Assembly: GCF_009914755.1 (NCBI RefSeq)
Contig: NC_060933.1
DNA length: 64,000 nucleotides
Source: the human T2T-CHM13v2.0 reference genome, Homo sapiens
Direction: 5' to 3' (one strand)
Positions 32,330-46,235 of the stretch are shown here, piece after piece; the stretch's first letter is position 1, and every line of letters starts with the position of its first letter. The translations under genes and the position numbers were made by a program. A model generated the notes under the pieces. It saw nothing but the letters and a program-made list of their open reading frames with translations. It ran no database searches and was not told the DNA's origin.

Positions 32330-34020
32330 CTTAATTTTTTAACAGCTTTGCTGAGATATCATTGATATATTAAAAACTATATATATTTAATGTGTACAAT
32401 TTAATGAGTTTGAACATATGCATATTCTCGTGATACTATCCCTACAAAAGTTTTCTTGTGTCCTTTTGTTGCTTTTTGTTTATTTGTTTATTGTTTTGTG
32501 TGTATGTGGTAAGAACACTTAACATGAGATCTTAAAATTTTAAGTGCATAATACCATATTGTTGACTGTAGGCACTATGTTGTACAACAGATCTCTAGAA
32601 TTTACTCATCTTGTCTAACTGTAACCTTATACACCCATTCAGCAACTCCCCATTTCCCCCTCCCCTATCCCCTAGCAACCACTATTCTATTTTCTACTTC
32701 TATAAGTTTGACTATTTTAGATACCTCATTTAAGTGGAATCATGGAGTATTTGTCTCTCTGTGACTGAATTCATTTAGCATAATGTTTTCTATGTCCATC
32801 CATATTGTCACAAATGGTAGAATTTTCTTTTTTTTAAGGCTGAACAGTATCCCATTGTATATATATATATATATACTACATTTTCTTTTTCCATTCATAT
32901 ATCAGTGGATATTTGGGTTGTTTTTGTATCTTAGTTATTGTGAATAGTGTTGCAGTGAACATGGGTGTGTAGATATCTCTTAGAGATCATAATTTTAACT
33001 CCTTTGAATATATAACCAGGAGTGCAATTGCTGCATCACATAGTAATTCCATTTTTAAGTTTTTGAAGAATCTCCACAGTTTTCCATCGTGGCTGTACCA
33101 TTTTACATTCCCACCAATAGTGTACAAGAGTTCCAATTTCTTCACAACCTCACTTTTATCTTTTGTTTTTTTTAATAATAATCATCCTAACAGGTATGAG
33201 ATTGATATGGTTTGGCTGTGTCCTCACCCAAATCTCATCTTGAATTGTAGTTCCCATAAACTCCACATGTTGTGGGAGGGACCTGGTGGGAGGTAATGGA
33301 ATCATTGGGGGTGGTTTTTCCCTTGCTGTTCTCGTGATAGTGAATAATTCTCATGAGATCTGATGGTTTTATAAAGGGCAGTTCCCTGCACACGCTCTCT
33401 TGCCTGCTGCCATGTAAGACATGACTTTCTCCTCCTTCGCCTTCCACCATGATTGTGAGGCCTCCCCAGTCATGTGGAACTGTGAGTCCATTAAACCTCT
33501 TTTTCTTTATAAATTACCTAGTCTTAGGTATTTCTGCATAGCAGTGTGAAAATGGACTAATACAGAAATGATATCTCATTGTGGTTTTCATTTGCATTTC
33601 CCTAATGATTGATGACTTTGAACACCTTTTCAGACACTTGGCCATTTATGTCTTCATTGGCAAAATATCTGTTCAAGTTCTTTGCTCATTCTTAATTGAG
33701 TTATTTGAGTTTTCACTATTGAGTTATAGCAGTTCCTTATATATTTTAGAAATTAACCCCTTATTGGTTGTATGGTTCGTAAGTATTTTCTCCTGTTCTG
33801 TAGGTTGCCTTTTCACTCTGTTGATTATTTCCTTTGCTGTGCAGAAGATTTTTGGTTTTATATAGTCTCACTTGTTTGTTTTTGCTTTTGTTGCCTCTGC
33901 TTTTTGTGTCAAATCCATTAAATCATTGCCAAGATTTAATTTCATGAAGCTTTTTCTTTACTTTTTTCCCAGGAGTTTTACAGTTTCAGGTCTTACATGT
34001 AAGTCCTTAATCCATTTTTA
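32330..34020 (-). mobile_element. L1MA-type 3' portion, interrupted by a THE1 LTR
   Basis: L1 3' UTR/ORF2 antisense signatures. Confidence 0.8.
33203..33564 (+). mobile_element. THE1 solo LTR
   Basis: tgatatggtttggctgtgtcctcacccaaatctcatcttgaattgtagttccc...aatggactaataca; TSD GAGAT/GAAAT. Confidence 0.9.
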
Positions 34021-34136
34021 TCTTTTTCTAGTATTTTAAGGTAGGAAGCTGAAATCACTGATTTGAGAGCTTTCTTTTCTAATACAGACCTTTTGTCTGC
34101 ACTCCACAAATTTTGATACATTGTGTTTTGATTGTC

Positions 34137-34412
34137 ACTGTAATCCCAGCACTTTAGGAGGCCAACACAGGTGGATCACGAGGTCAGGAGATTGAGACCA
34201 TCCTAGCCAAGCTGGTGAAACCTTGTCTCTACTAAAAATACAAAAATTAACCAGGCATGGTGGTGGGTGCCTGTAGTCCCAGCTACTCAGGAGGCTGAGG
34301 CAGGAGAATCGCTTGAACCTGGGAGTGGCAGTTGCAGTGAGCTGAGATCATGCCACTGTACTCCAGCCTGGGTGACAGAGTGAGACTCTGTCTCAGGAAA
34401 AAAAAAAAAAAC
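34137..34412 (+). mobile_element. Alu, slightly 5'-truncated
   Basis: Consensus from ctgtaatcccagc to A tail. Confidence 0.88.
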
Positions 34413-34883
34413 TTTCTAATTTCCCCTTTGATATCTTTGATTCATGGTTTAATTAGAAGTGTGCTGTTTGATATCCAAGTATTTGGAGATATTCTAGAGA
34501 TACTGTTATTGATTTTTACTTTGATTTCACAGTGGTCTGCTATATATGATTTAAATCTTTTTAAAATTAATCAAGACTTGTTTTATGGCCAAGAATACAG
34601 TCTATCTTGGAAATCTTATTAGTGCATTTTAAAGGAACATATGTTATTGGGTAGAGTATTAATATTACAGCAAGTTTATATATATAGTTTATATATACAT
34701 AAACTGTATATATATACACATTGATACATATATACACACACATATATAATTGATACTATATATATATACACACACATTGATACATTGTGTTTCAATGGTA
34801 TATGGTAACAGGAAGCAAATTATTAGAATGGTAGAATTAAGCTCAGTTACGTCAATAATATCAAATGTAAATGGCCCATATAC

Positions 34884-35203
<320 letters not shown>

Positions 35204-35788
35204 ATAATGTTTCAGTCTTCTATGTTGTCACTGGTTTTCTGTCTATTTTTATTTTATCAGTTATTGAGAAAAAGGTATTGAAATCTCCCCAGTATAACTT
35301 TGGATTTTTTAATTTTTTTCTTCTAATCCTATATGTTTTTGCTTCATGTATTTTGAAATTATTAGGTACATAAATATATACAATTGTTATAAACTTTTGA
35401 TTAGTTGACCCCTTATCATTATGAAATGACTCTCTGTAACCCTGGTAATTGTCTTTTCTCTGATGTCTACTTTGTTACTGATTTAGCCACTATAGCTCCT
35501 TTTGCTCAGTGTTACCATGGTATATCATTTTCTGTGTTTTTACTTTTACCTCTTTGCATCTTTATATTTAAAGTGTTTTTCTTATAGGAAGCATAGAGAT
35601 GAATCTTAATTCTTTATCTAATTGAACAATATCTACCTTTTAATGGGGCTGTTTAGATGGGCCATTTACATTTAATATTATTGACATAACTGAGCTTAAT
35701 TCTACCATTGTAATAGTTTGCTTCCTGTTTGTCCCATCTTCTGTTCATTCCCATTTCTGTCTTTTTCTGCCTGCTCTTGGAATGAGTA

Positions 35789-38345
35789 GGGGTTTTTTTT
35801 CCAACTTTTATTTTAGATTCAGGGTGTACATACGCAGATTTGTTCCAAAAGTATATAGCGTGATGCTGAGGTTCAGAGTATGATTGACTATTACCCAGGA
35901 AGTGAGCATAGTATCCATCAGTTAGCTTTTCAGCCCTTGTTCTCCTCTCTATACCTCATCTCGTGTTCCCCAGTGTCTATTGTTCCTACCTTTATGTCCA
36001 TTTGTACCTAATGTTTCACTCCCACTTGTAAATGAAAACGTGGTATTTGGTTTTCTGTTTCTGCATTAGTTCACTTAAGATAATGGCCTCCAGCTGCTTC
36101 CATGTTGCTGCAAAGGACACAGTTTCATTCTTTTTTATGTCTGCATAGTATTTCATGGTGTATATGTATCACATTTTCTTCATCCGGTCCACTGTTGATG
36201 GCCACCTGGGTTGATTCCATGTCTTTACTATTGTGAATAATGCTGCAATGAAGATACCCATGCATGTGTCTTTTTGGTAGAATGGTTTGTTTTCCTTTGG
36301 GTATATATCCAGTAATGGGATTGCTAGGTCAAATGGTAGTTCAATTCTTACTTCTTTGAAAAATCTCCAAACTGCTCTCCACAGTGACTGAACTAATTTA
36401 CATTGCCACCAGTAGCATATAAGCATTCCCTTTTCCCCACAGCCTTGCCAGCATCAGTTGTTTTTTGACTTTTTAATAATAGCTATTCTGACTGTTGTGA
36501 GATAGTATCTCATTGTGGTTTTGATTTGGAATTCTCTGATGATTAGTGATGATGCACATTCTTTCATATGTTTGTTAGCTGCTTGTTGAGCTTCCTTGCC
36601 ACCTAGATTCTGAATTCTCTGTCATTTCAGCCATTTCAATCTGGGGAGCTAGTGTGATCTTTTGGAGGTAAATAGACACTCTGACTTTTTGAATTGCCAG
36701 CGTTTTGTACTGATCCTCATCTGAGAGGGCTTATGTTCCTTTGTCTTTTTGAAATTGCTGTCATTGGATGTGGCTTTTTGTTTTTATATGTTTATTTCCA
36801 TTGAAGGTTTGACTGTGCGGTATGTTGAGTATAGTTGATAGGTTTAGTTTCTAGGTGCTTTCAGAGGGCCAAGGCTTCCTACAGGATCTTTATTTGTGGC
36901 TAGACACCTGCATTGGCTTTCACAGGTGATGTGCGCTGAAGGCATTTTCGTTTGGTGGTGTAATTAAAACCATAATCCAGTAGATGGTGCTAAAGTGTAA
37001 GGGTCAGCAGATAGGCTCTCAGCCACCTGCCTCCTCTGTATTTTAGCATGTTTGCAGCAGTACTCTTGGGTGGGGGAGACTGAGGAGGGGGCAGTGAGAG
37101 ATGACCCCCTCACTAAGTGCATTCTCAGGCCTTAGGGAAGCTCCTCCAATCACTGGCATTGCCCCCATGTTTCCTTAGCCCCAAGGGGGGCTCTGGCAGG
37201 CTGCGCTCCTGCCTCCCTTAGGGGCAGCCTGAACTGAAGGTTAGGACTCCAGGAGACCTGCAGCTCCCCAAGGGCCCACTGATCCTCTGTGCTTGGCAGA
37301 GTCCAAGCAGGCTGTGGGTTATGTCTGCAGGTGTCTGTGGATGCACTGGGTCAAGGGTAGAGGATCCCTGGGGAGGGTGGTGTTGCTGTGGGTGTGCAGC
37401 TGGTGTGGCACCTGTGGCCCAGGGTTTTTTGCCCAGCAGATGGCTGTGGGAACCACCCAGCTTGTGCTACCCAGACTGGGTCTCCTAGTGTCTGCCCTGG
37501 AGCTGGCCTAGCCAGCTAGTTTTGTCCCAAGCCTTCTGCACTAGATCTTTGGGTTGTTAGGTGCTCTAGGCTTTGGGACACCCTTGGGCAGAGGCTGCAG
37601 CTGGCAAATAAGCTGCATCCTTTTTAGACCAGTGTTACAGGGGGAGGCAGGCCTAGCTCCCACACTGTCCCATGAACCTGTGCCTCACTCTTTTCAGTGT
37701 TCTGAAAGTGGAGGCTCCTCTCTTGCTCAAGCTCCAGTCACAGATCTCAGCTCAATACTCCTGAGCTATATTCTCACACCCTGGGGGTTTGGGACTGGGC
37801 CTGCAGCTTTGTCCTGTTGAGTTGAGCATTGGCTGTGCTGGGGGAGCCAAAGTGTTCCCAGGCAAGGCAGTGGAGGCTGTGCTTTGTGCATGCTCTTGCA
37901 GGAGCAGCCAGGCAAAGGCTTTAGGAGGGGCCAGTAGATGCTGAGCAGGGGGCAGGGGGAGTCGGGGGAGGTCAGATGCACCCTGGTCCCACAGGAAAGA
38001 CAGCCCTGCTCTCTCCTGCCCAGCATTGAGCAGGGGCTAGAGCCACTCGGCGCAAGATGGAGTGCCTTGGAGGATGGGCACCTATGATTGTGTTTTGCTG
38101 CAGCTGCCCTGCACACAAAACCTTCTGGCTCCACGCAGGCATGAGCTCTGCCTCTGGTTACTCTCTGGCAGTTCCCCGGGCATGACCCCACTGTGGGGCC
38201 ATGGCATCTCTTGTGGCTATAGGATCCCAGAAGCCCATGGCAGGAGTGTGTTGCCCATAGTTCCTTCACTCACCCTCCCTTAGGACCTGTTCAGGGCCAG
38301 GAGCTGGGCAACTCTATGCAGGGTTCTCAGCTTCCTCCTTCTTTC
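35789..38345 (-). mobile_element. Internally deleted L1P element (5' UTR/ORF1 start joined to ORF2 end/3' UTR) with 11-bp TSD TGGAATGAGTA
   Basis: TSD 35778-35788 and 38346-38356; 3' end 35793-36585; GC-rich 5' region ~36900-38345. Confidence 0.7.
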
Positions 38346-38698
38346 TGGAATGAGTAATTGTTTTAGCTTTATTTTTATCTCTTTTGTTGGCTTATTAGCT
38401 GTAACTGTCTTTTTTATTTTTTGTAGTGGTTGCCCTATGTTTGTTTATACTTCTTCGTCACTAACTTTCTGTAATATTATACTACTTCATGTGATAGCAT
38501 AAGGACCTTACAATAGTATAGTTCCATTTCTACTCTATTGGCTTTTTTGCTATTATTACAATATATGTTACTTCTACAGATATCATAAACCCCACGATGT
38601 ATTATTACTATGCTTTAGAAAGTCTTCCAAAGAGAATTGTAAAATAAGAAAACATATATCATTTATATTTACCCACATACTTACTATTTTTAGTGTTC

Positions 38699-39293
<595 letters not shown>

Positions 39294-39479
39294 TCTAGTG
39301 TTCTTTATTCCTTTGTGAAGATGCATATATCCATATGGCATCCTTTTCCTTCTGCCTGAAGGACTTCTTGTAACATTTCTTATAGGGCACATGTGCTGGT
39401 GATTAATTCATTCAGATTTTCCCTTTCTGAAAAAAAGTGATTATCCTTGTCTTTCATTTCTAAAATTAGTTTTTGTTGA

Positions 39480-39886
<407 letters not shown>

Positions 39887-40299
39887 TCTTCTGTTATTCT
39901 TATTGCTCCTTTATATGTAATATTATTTCTCTGGCTGTTTTATCACTAGTAGTGAAAAATTTTATTATGATATGCTTTGGTTTTATTTTCTTCTTGTTTC
40001 TTGTTCTTCTGTTTCATTGAATTATTTGGATCTGTGAGTTTATAGTTTTCATCCAATTTTTTAAAATTATGGCCGTTATTGCATCAAATAATTTTTCTCT
40101 TCCATTCTCCTCTTCTTCAGGGACTACAGGTATTTGTATTTAGGCTGCTTGAAGTTTTCCCACAGGTCACTTATGATCTGTTCTTTATTTTCAGTCTTTT
40201 GTTTTTCTTTTACTTTGGACAGTTTGTATTGCTATATGTTCAAGTTTATGTCTTCTGCATATATGTACTGACATTCACCTGCATGAAAACTAGCAAACT

Positions 40300-42182
40300 T
40301 TAGACTTGACAGCCTGTGGGAGAGCAGCCCAGATCCTCCCAGGCCATGGCCACTCTTCAAACATCCTCCAAAGCAGGGCAGTGCTCAGGGTGTCTCAGAG
40401 GAGTCCACCTCAGGGCATAGTTCACATCTATGTCAGGTCGGTGAAGGATATTTCCAAAGGAGGTGACACCATCTAGCTTCTTGCTTTGTATACACCCCTG
40501 TGATGATCTTTCAGTTTCAGTTTGAACATCGCCAGTGACAATGATTTTATTTTATCAGTGGACACCTCTAGAAGTTGGGGAAATTCCTCCTGGCCCTGAG
40601 CAGTAATGTGCTGTTTCCATCTGCTGATCCTGGTTTTGCGGTCAGGGCACAGTGTCTACTTCCTTTTCCACAGGCCAGCCTTTCAGTGATTTGAAGGGGT
40701 TTTCTTGCCCAAGTCTTTTCTGTCCAAACATTCATTTCCACACCTCGTGCCAGCTTGGTCATCTCTGCCAGAGTGTCCTGTCTGGAAAGGTCTCTTGAGA
40801 TGTCACTTCCAAGTGTGTGGGCCTGATTGGGCTCTCAGTAAGTACATTCATTTCTAGTTAGTGACATGAATATGAATACTAAGTCTTTTGACGCTTTCCA
40901 AAGGCTATAGTTGAAAGTTGAAAACTAATAAAATTATCCTGTCAGAAGAAAAATGCCCCTTCCTAGACATGAAGGACACATTGCTCCGATTTTCTGCTCC
41001 TGATTAAAGACAGCAGGAAGAATTTGACATGTATCTGCTCATGATGAATTTTAAAGGAATAAAATAACAATCAAGACTTAGGTGAAAGTCAGAGATAAAA
41101 CCCAAAGAGGAGACATAAAACCTGTCTTCTGAATTTTTCAGAAATAATTCTGAAGCTGGGAATAAATGGGGCTCAATTCATGCGAGGAAGAGTCACAAAA
41201 TCCCAACTCCTAAGGTACCTTTGAAGGCCAGAAGGTCTAGTGGGCCATTCTTCACAAGAATTCATACTGATTCATAGAACCATTCATTCATACTGGTTCA
41301 TGTAATAATGGATTCACATAACTACAGATTCATACTGATTCGTAGAATCATAAATTTATACTGGTATCTGCAATTCCAATTCAGCACCACAGGTATAGTT
41401 TAACCTTCTTCCTTTCTTATTTATAGCTCCTTCTCCAACAGAGAGAACCTGGCCCTCATTATCCATATTGTATTTACTTCTTTGCACAATCTTAGAATAC
41501 ACATAAAGTAGTTTAGGGTAGCATCCCTCCCACTCCTTAATTATTTTTGAGCACATGAAAAATTAGCTTGTTTCTAAATATAAGAACAGGTAAAGGGTAC
41601 ACTCAAAAAGGTATCCCTCTTCCTATTCCTCCTTTTCTACTCCCATTCCCCCATCCTATCTACCCTGCCTCTTCCTGTCTCTCTAATCTTACTGGTTTTT
41701 CGTTTAGATTTCTTGTTTCCTTTTTGAGCAAAAGAATAGATAACGTGTATTTTTCTGTTTCCTGTTCTTTCTTATATGAAAACTAAATACCTCATGAAAA
41801 AGTTATCTAATTTAAGTGTAACCCCAAACCTAGACAAATGGCACAATCTTAATTATTTAACAACTTCAAGGATGCATACACATAAAGGAATAAAGAATTG
41901 CTTCTGAAACTAAACAAATTTATTGAATCAACTTTCTAGTTTTTTCTCTCCATAAACATTCTGGTCCTGATTTATGAGGACCGAAAGGCACTTACCTTTC
42001 AGCCTAAGTAGAAGCCCAGGATGGCAGTCAGCATCCTTATGGCCATTCTGGTCTATCAATGCACTCATCTATATTTTTACACTAAGAACAGCTGCAAGCT
42101 TAAAATCTTCTCACTAGTAAATGTAAGGGTTTTGGGCTAAGTGGATCTCTGATGCCACTCAGCTCCAAGATTCTGTTCCCAT
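40300..42182 (-). pseudogene. Possible decayed two-exon gene (exon 1 42182-41996; exon 2 from 40938 to ~40300)
   Basis: AGCACCATGG start, AAG|GTAAGT donor, tttttcttctgacAG acceptor; many stops in all frames. Confidence 0.3.
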
Positions 42183-42296
42183 GGTGCTGTGGTTATAATA
42201 TTCCAAACCACAGGAGAATCATTTTCCAGAGACATTTACAGGCAGCCTCACTGTCCTGTCTTGAACATCCTCCACCAAAGTGTGAACACAGGTGGC

Positions 42297-42530
42297 ATGG
42301 GCTTCGTAACGAATAAGAGCGCCTTCAAAGCAGGAGATTCCCTGTACCTGCGAAGGGCCTTCGTGAACAACCTTGGAGAGGAAAGGAGAACCAGGATTCA
42401 GATCCAAAGCATCCAGAAGGCTTTAGACATCCAGATCAGGGAGATTGATAGAGAAAAAGCAGCCCTGAAGAGATTTTTGGTAAAGCTTCACAAGACAACT
42501 GGCTATTTTCCTCAAAAGCCATTGTGGTGA
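42297..42530 (+). CDS. Candidate 77-aa coiled-coil microprotein (MGFVTNKSAF...GYFPQKPLW), not identified
   Basis: Strong Kozak GGTGGCATGG; I36-L43-I50-L57-L64 heptads; non-repeat DNA; candidate acceptors at 42229 and 42241; AATAAA at 42714 and 42846. Confidence 0.55.
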   Translation: MGFVTNKSAFKAGDSLYLRRAFVNNLGEERRTRIQIQSIQKALDIQIREIDREKAALKRFLVKLHKTTGYFPQKPLW

Positions 42531-43597
42531 CTGATGCTGTGCCACCATAGGGGACGAGTTCATCTGAAACATCCAATACAGACAGAACACACCTGGGTCT
42601 CCTTCTGTATCTCTCTGTGACCCAAGAAAGCAGTAGAAGTGGCTACTGGGACAAGCCAAAAAAGAAAAAAAAGGACTAGATAATTGAGGACACAAATGGA
42701 CTGCCTCTAAAATAATAAACAAAACCTCCTACAAAAGAGAGAATAATGCGCTGATTTTTTTCCCAGCTGATTCTATTTCTTTACAACTTGAGGTGGTAAT
42801 ATGCAGTGCACGTGTTATTTTCTTACAGATTCTCCTGGAGGCAAGAATAAAGCTTAGCTATTTTAGAGATCTTTCAGATACTGATCATGAAATACATATT
42901 ATATTTGCCTTAATCCTGTTCTCTTCTCATTGATATCATTTTCAATTATTTTCTACAGTTTTAATAGCATGAGTAAATAATAATAAATATTAAAATTAAG
43001 GTGAAAATAATAGTGGGAAATACATGGAATTTTGTATCTATAAGAAAACTCAATTTAAATGTAGGTTTTCCCATGTATTAGTTGTATGTTCCTAGACTTA
43101 AAAACTCATTTTTTAAATTCAACATGAGGATAATACCTATATTAAAATATTGTTTTTAAGGATTAAATAAGATAACATATATATAGGGCATATTGCAGCC
43201 ACCCCTAAAATGGTACTAGCTCTTGTGATGACTGTTGTTTCCATTAATATTTTTATTACTGTGTAATAGAGGTCAAGTTCTGTTCCCAGCTCTTTCCAGG
43301 ATTGCTAGGCAAATCCGTTTCCATTCGTAGGCATTCATTTTTTTCTGAGGCTATAATATGAGAGTCAGACTAGATAATGTCCACAGGCCCTTTCAATCTT
43401 AAGTTCTTTGATACTATAACTCCATGGTTATACTTTGAAATGTGTTTGCAGCATCCTAGAGAAAAAAAATCTAACAATCAGAATGCACACACCAAGGCGA
43501 CTAGAGGCTTGTATATTCCTACTTAACCATGACGTATCTACCACCCTCATGTTTAAATATACTTGTAATTCAAGTACAAAATATCTTAGTGGCCTCA

Positions 43598-43900
43598 TTT
43601 TTTTTTTTTTTTTTTTTTTGAGACGGAGTCTTGCTCTGTCGCCCAGGCCGGAGTGCAGTGGTGCAATCTCAGCTCACTGCACCTCTGCCTCCTGGGTTCA
43701 AGTGATTCTCCTGCCTCAGCATCCCGAGTAGCTGAGATTACAGGCACGTGCCACCATGCCTGCCTAATTTTTTTGTATTTTTAGTAGAGACAGGGTTTCA
43801 CTGCATTAGCCAGGGTGGTCTGGATCTCCTGACCTCATGATCTGCCCACCTCGGCCTCCCAAAATGCTGGGATTACAGGCGTGAGCCACTGTGCCCGGCC
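43598..43900 (-). mobile_element. Alu
   Basis: Antisense consensus with T tail. Confidence 0.9.
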
Positions 43901-44269
43901 CAGCCTCTCCTTTACACACACACACACACACCATGAATAGATACATATATACATGTGTATACACACACATATGTATTATATGTATGTGGGCGGCAGGATC
44001 AAGGGGGATGTGGTTAGGCTGTGGGTTTTCTATGAGGGAGAAGGGGAAGGTAAAAGTGTCGAGTGGTTTCTTGGCCATGTGCAGCCATATCAGTGCTTCT
44101 GTGTACCTGAAAACTGTAATTACGTTGTGGCCAGTGTGGTCACGGGCAGAGGTCGCAGCCTTTCTTGTTGATAGTCCCTCATTGGTTGTGAATTTAAATA
44201 TTGTGTAGTTATGCCCTAGGGGGTGCAGAGTTCATATAATGTAATTAGGACTTGGGACACCATCTTGGC

Positions 44270-44559
44270 TTTTTTTGTTTTTGTTTTTTGAGACAGGGTC
44301 ACGCTCTGTCACCCAGGCTGGAGTACAGTGGTGCAATCTCAGCTCAGTGCAACCTCTGCCTCCTGGGCTCAAGCCATCCTCCCACCTAAGCCTCCTGAGT
44401 AACTAGACCTCATGCCACCATGCCTAATTTTTGTATGTTTACTAGAGACGAGGTTTCATCATGTTGCCCAGGCAGGTCTTGAACTCATGAGCTCAAGCAA
44501 TCCACCCACCTTGCCTCCCAAAGCGCCAGTATTACAGGCGTGAGCCACCATCCCTGGCT
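44270..44559 (-). mobile_element. Alu (AluJ-like)
   Basis: Diverged antisense consensus. Confidence 0.85.
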
Positions 44560-45037
44560 AGAGGCAGCATTTTGATGACTCAGGTCACCATTGTCATCTA
44601 CATCGTTTCAGTAGCCCCCGTTTTAAAAGCTCATTATATCTTTCTATGATACCCACTGCTGTTACTTTGTAATGTTACTTTGTAATACCCATCGTTGCAT
44701 TTGCTTTGTGGTACAAGAAGAGCCTTGATCTGACTGTGTAACTTGTGGCACACCCAAAGGCTGTAAAAGCTGTTTTGGTAACCCATTGTGACATTAGTAG
44801 AGGTTCCTGCCTCACATGGGTAAGCAAATGGATGGCCTGTGTAGATATCCCTTAGCATATTCATTGGCTCCTGTCACTGTAGGGGGAGGCCCTTTGAAGT
44901 TGATTTGCCAGTTCTGATAATGGCCTTCCTGTGAATTTCTCCTCCCAGGCAGTGAACCCAGTATCTAAATTTCTAGCATGGTACAGTCCCTAATAACCTT
45001 GCATAAATGTGTCTCTGCTGGGTTGACTCCTCTGTTA

Positions 45038-45348
<311 letters not shown>

Positions 45349-45799
45349 ATAATAATTCATTTTTGTAACCCCATGATGCCCAAATGCCCTGACCTCTCCT
45401 CTTACATGCCCTTGCATGGGATAGGGTAGCTCATCCCAAAGCTCTAGGACTCTGCCTCCTTCAAGAGGCTTATCTGCTGGTATGCTATGGTTAGTTCATC
45501 AGCTTTGGTGTTGTGTCATGCCTCTTCCATGTCTTGTCTGGTATGAGCCAAGGTACGGTGCATCAAGGTAGGCAGAATGGGAGCCACTGTAAGTGTTAGT
45601 GCAGCATCTTGGCTCTCGAGTAAATACAAATTAATACCAGGCCAAACAGTAATTTTTCTCAGGCAAGTTTTAATGGGCTTGAGCTCAATCAAAGCAAGGG
45701 AGCAGTGCCCAGGAAAAGGACCCCAGTGCTACAGCCAAAAAGGGCTCAGCTCTTGTCATTTTAAGGAAGCTGAGGCAGAGAAAGGAATGACATAGAAGC

Positions 45800-46235
45800 T
45801 GTGAGAGTTAAAGAAAGAGGAAAGAAACACAAAAAGTGGCTCAACAGTCAAAGACAGGTTTATTTTGGAGAATGAACCTGAGAGGGGTTTCTGGCCGATT
45901 TCAGTCAGGAGCACTCTCTCTTACAGACTAAGAGTATTTAAGTGTTTTAGGGCAAGATAGCTTATCACAGGCTTGGAATGTTTCTGTGTGGAGGAGAAGT
46001 TTATTGCGGGGTTTGGAATGTCTCCAGCTGGAGGGGAGGTTATCTCGGGGCTGGCATGTGTCTGGTTGGGGAGGGGTTTATCTTAGGGGTTGGAATGTTT
46101 CTGGTTGGAGATGTCATTTGTGATTTATGGTCATGCTGACCTTAGCTGATGCCCTTTGGATTTAGGTGGTTTCTGATCAAGGGGAATTTTAAAATGGTGG
46201 TGCTTGTCCAAGATGGTGATGTTCCTGCTCTGTCA
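45800..46235 (-). mobile_element. ERV1-class solo LTR (MER61-like) with TSD GAAGC, nested in another LTR-like element
   Basis: TG...CA ends; minus strand begins tgacagagcaggaacatcaccatcttggacaagc; GAAGC at 45795-45799 and 46236-46240. Confidence 0.75.
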
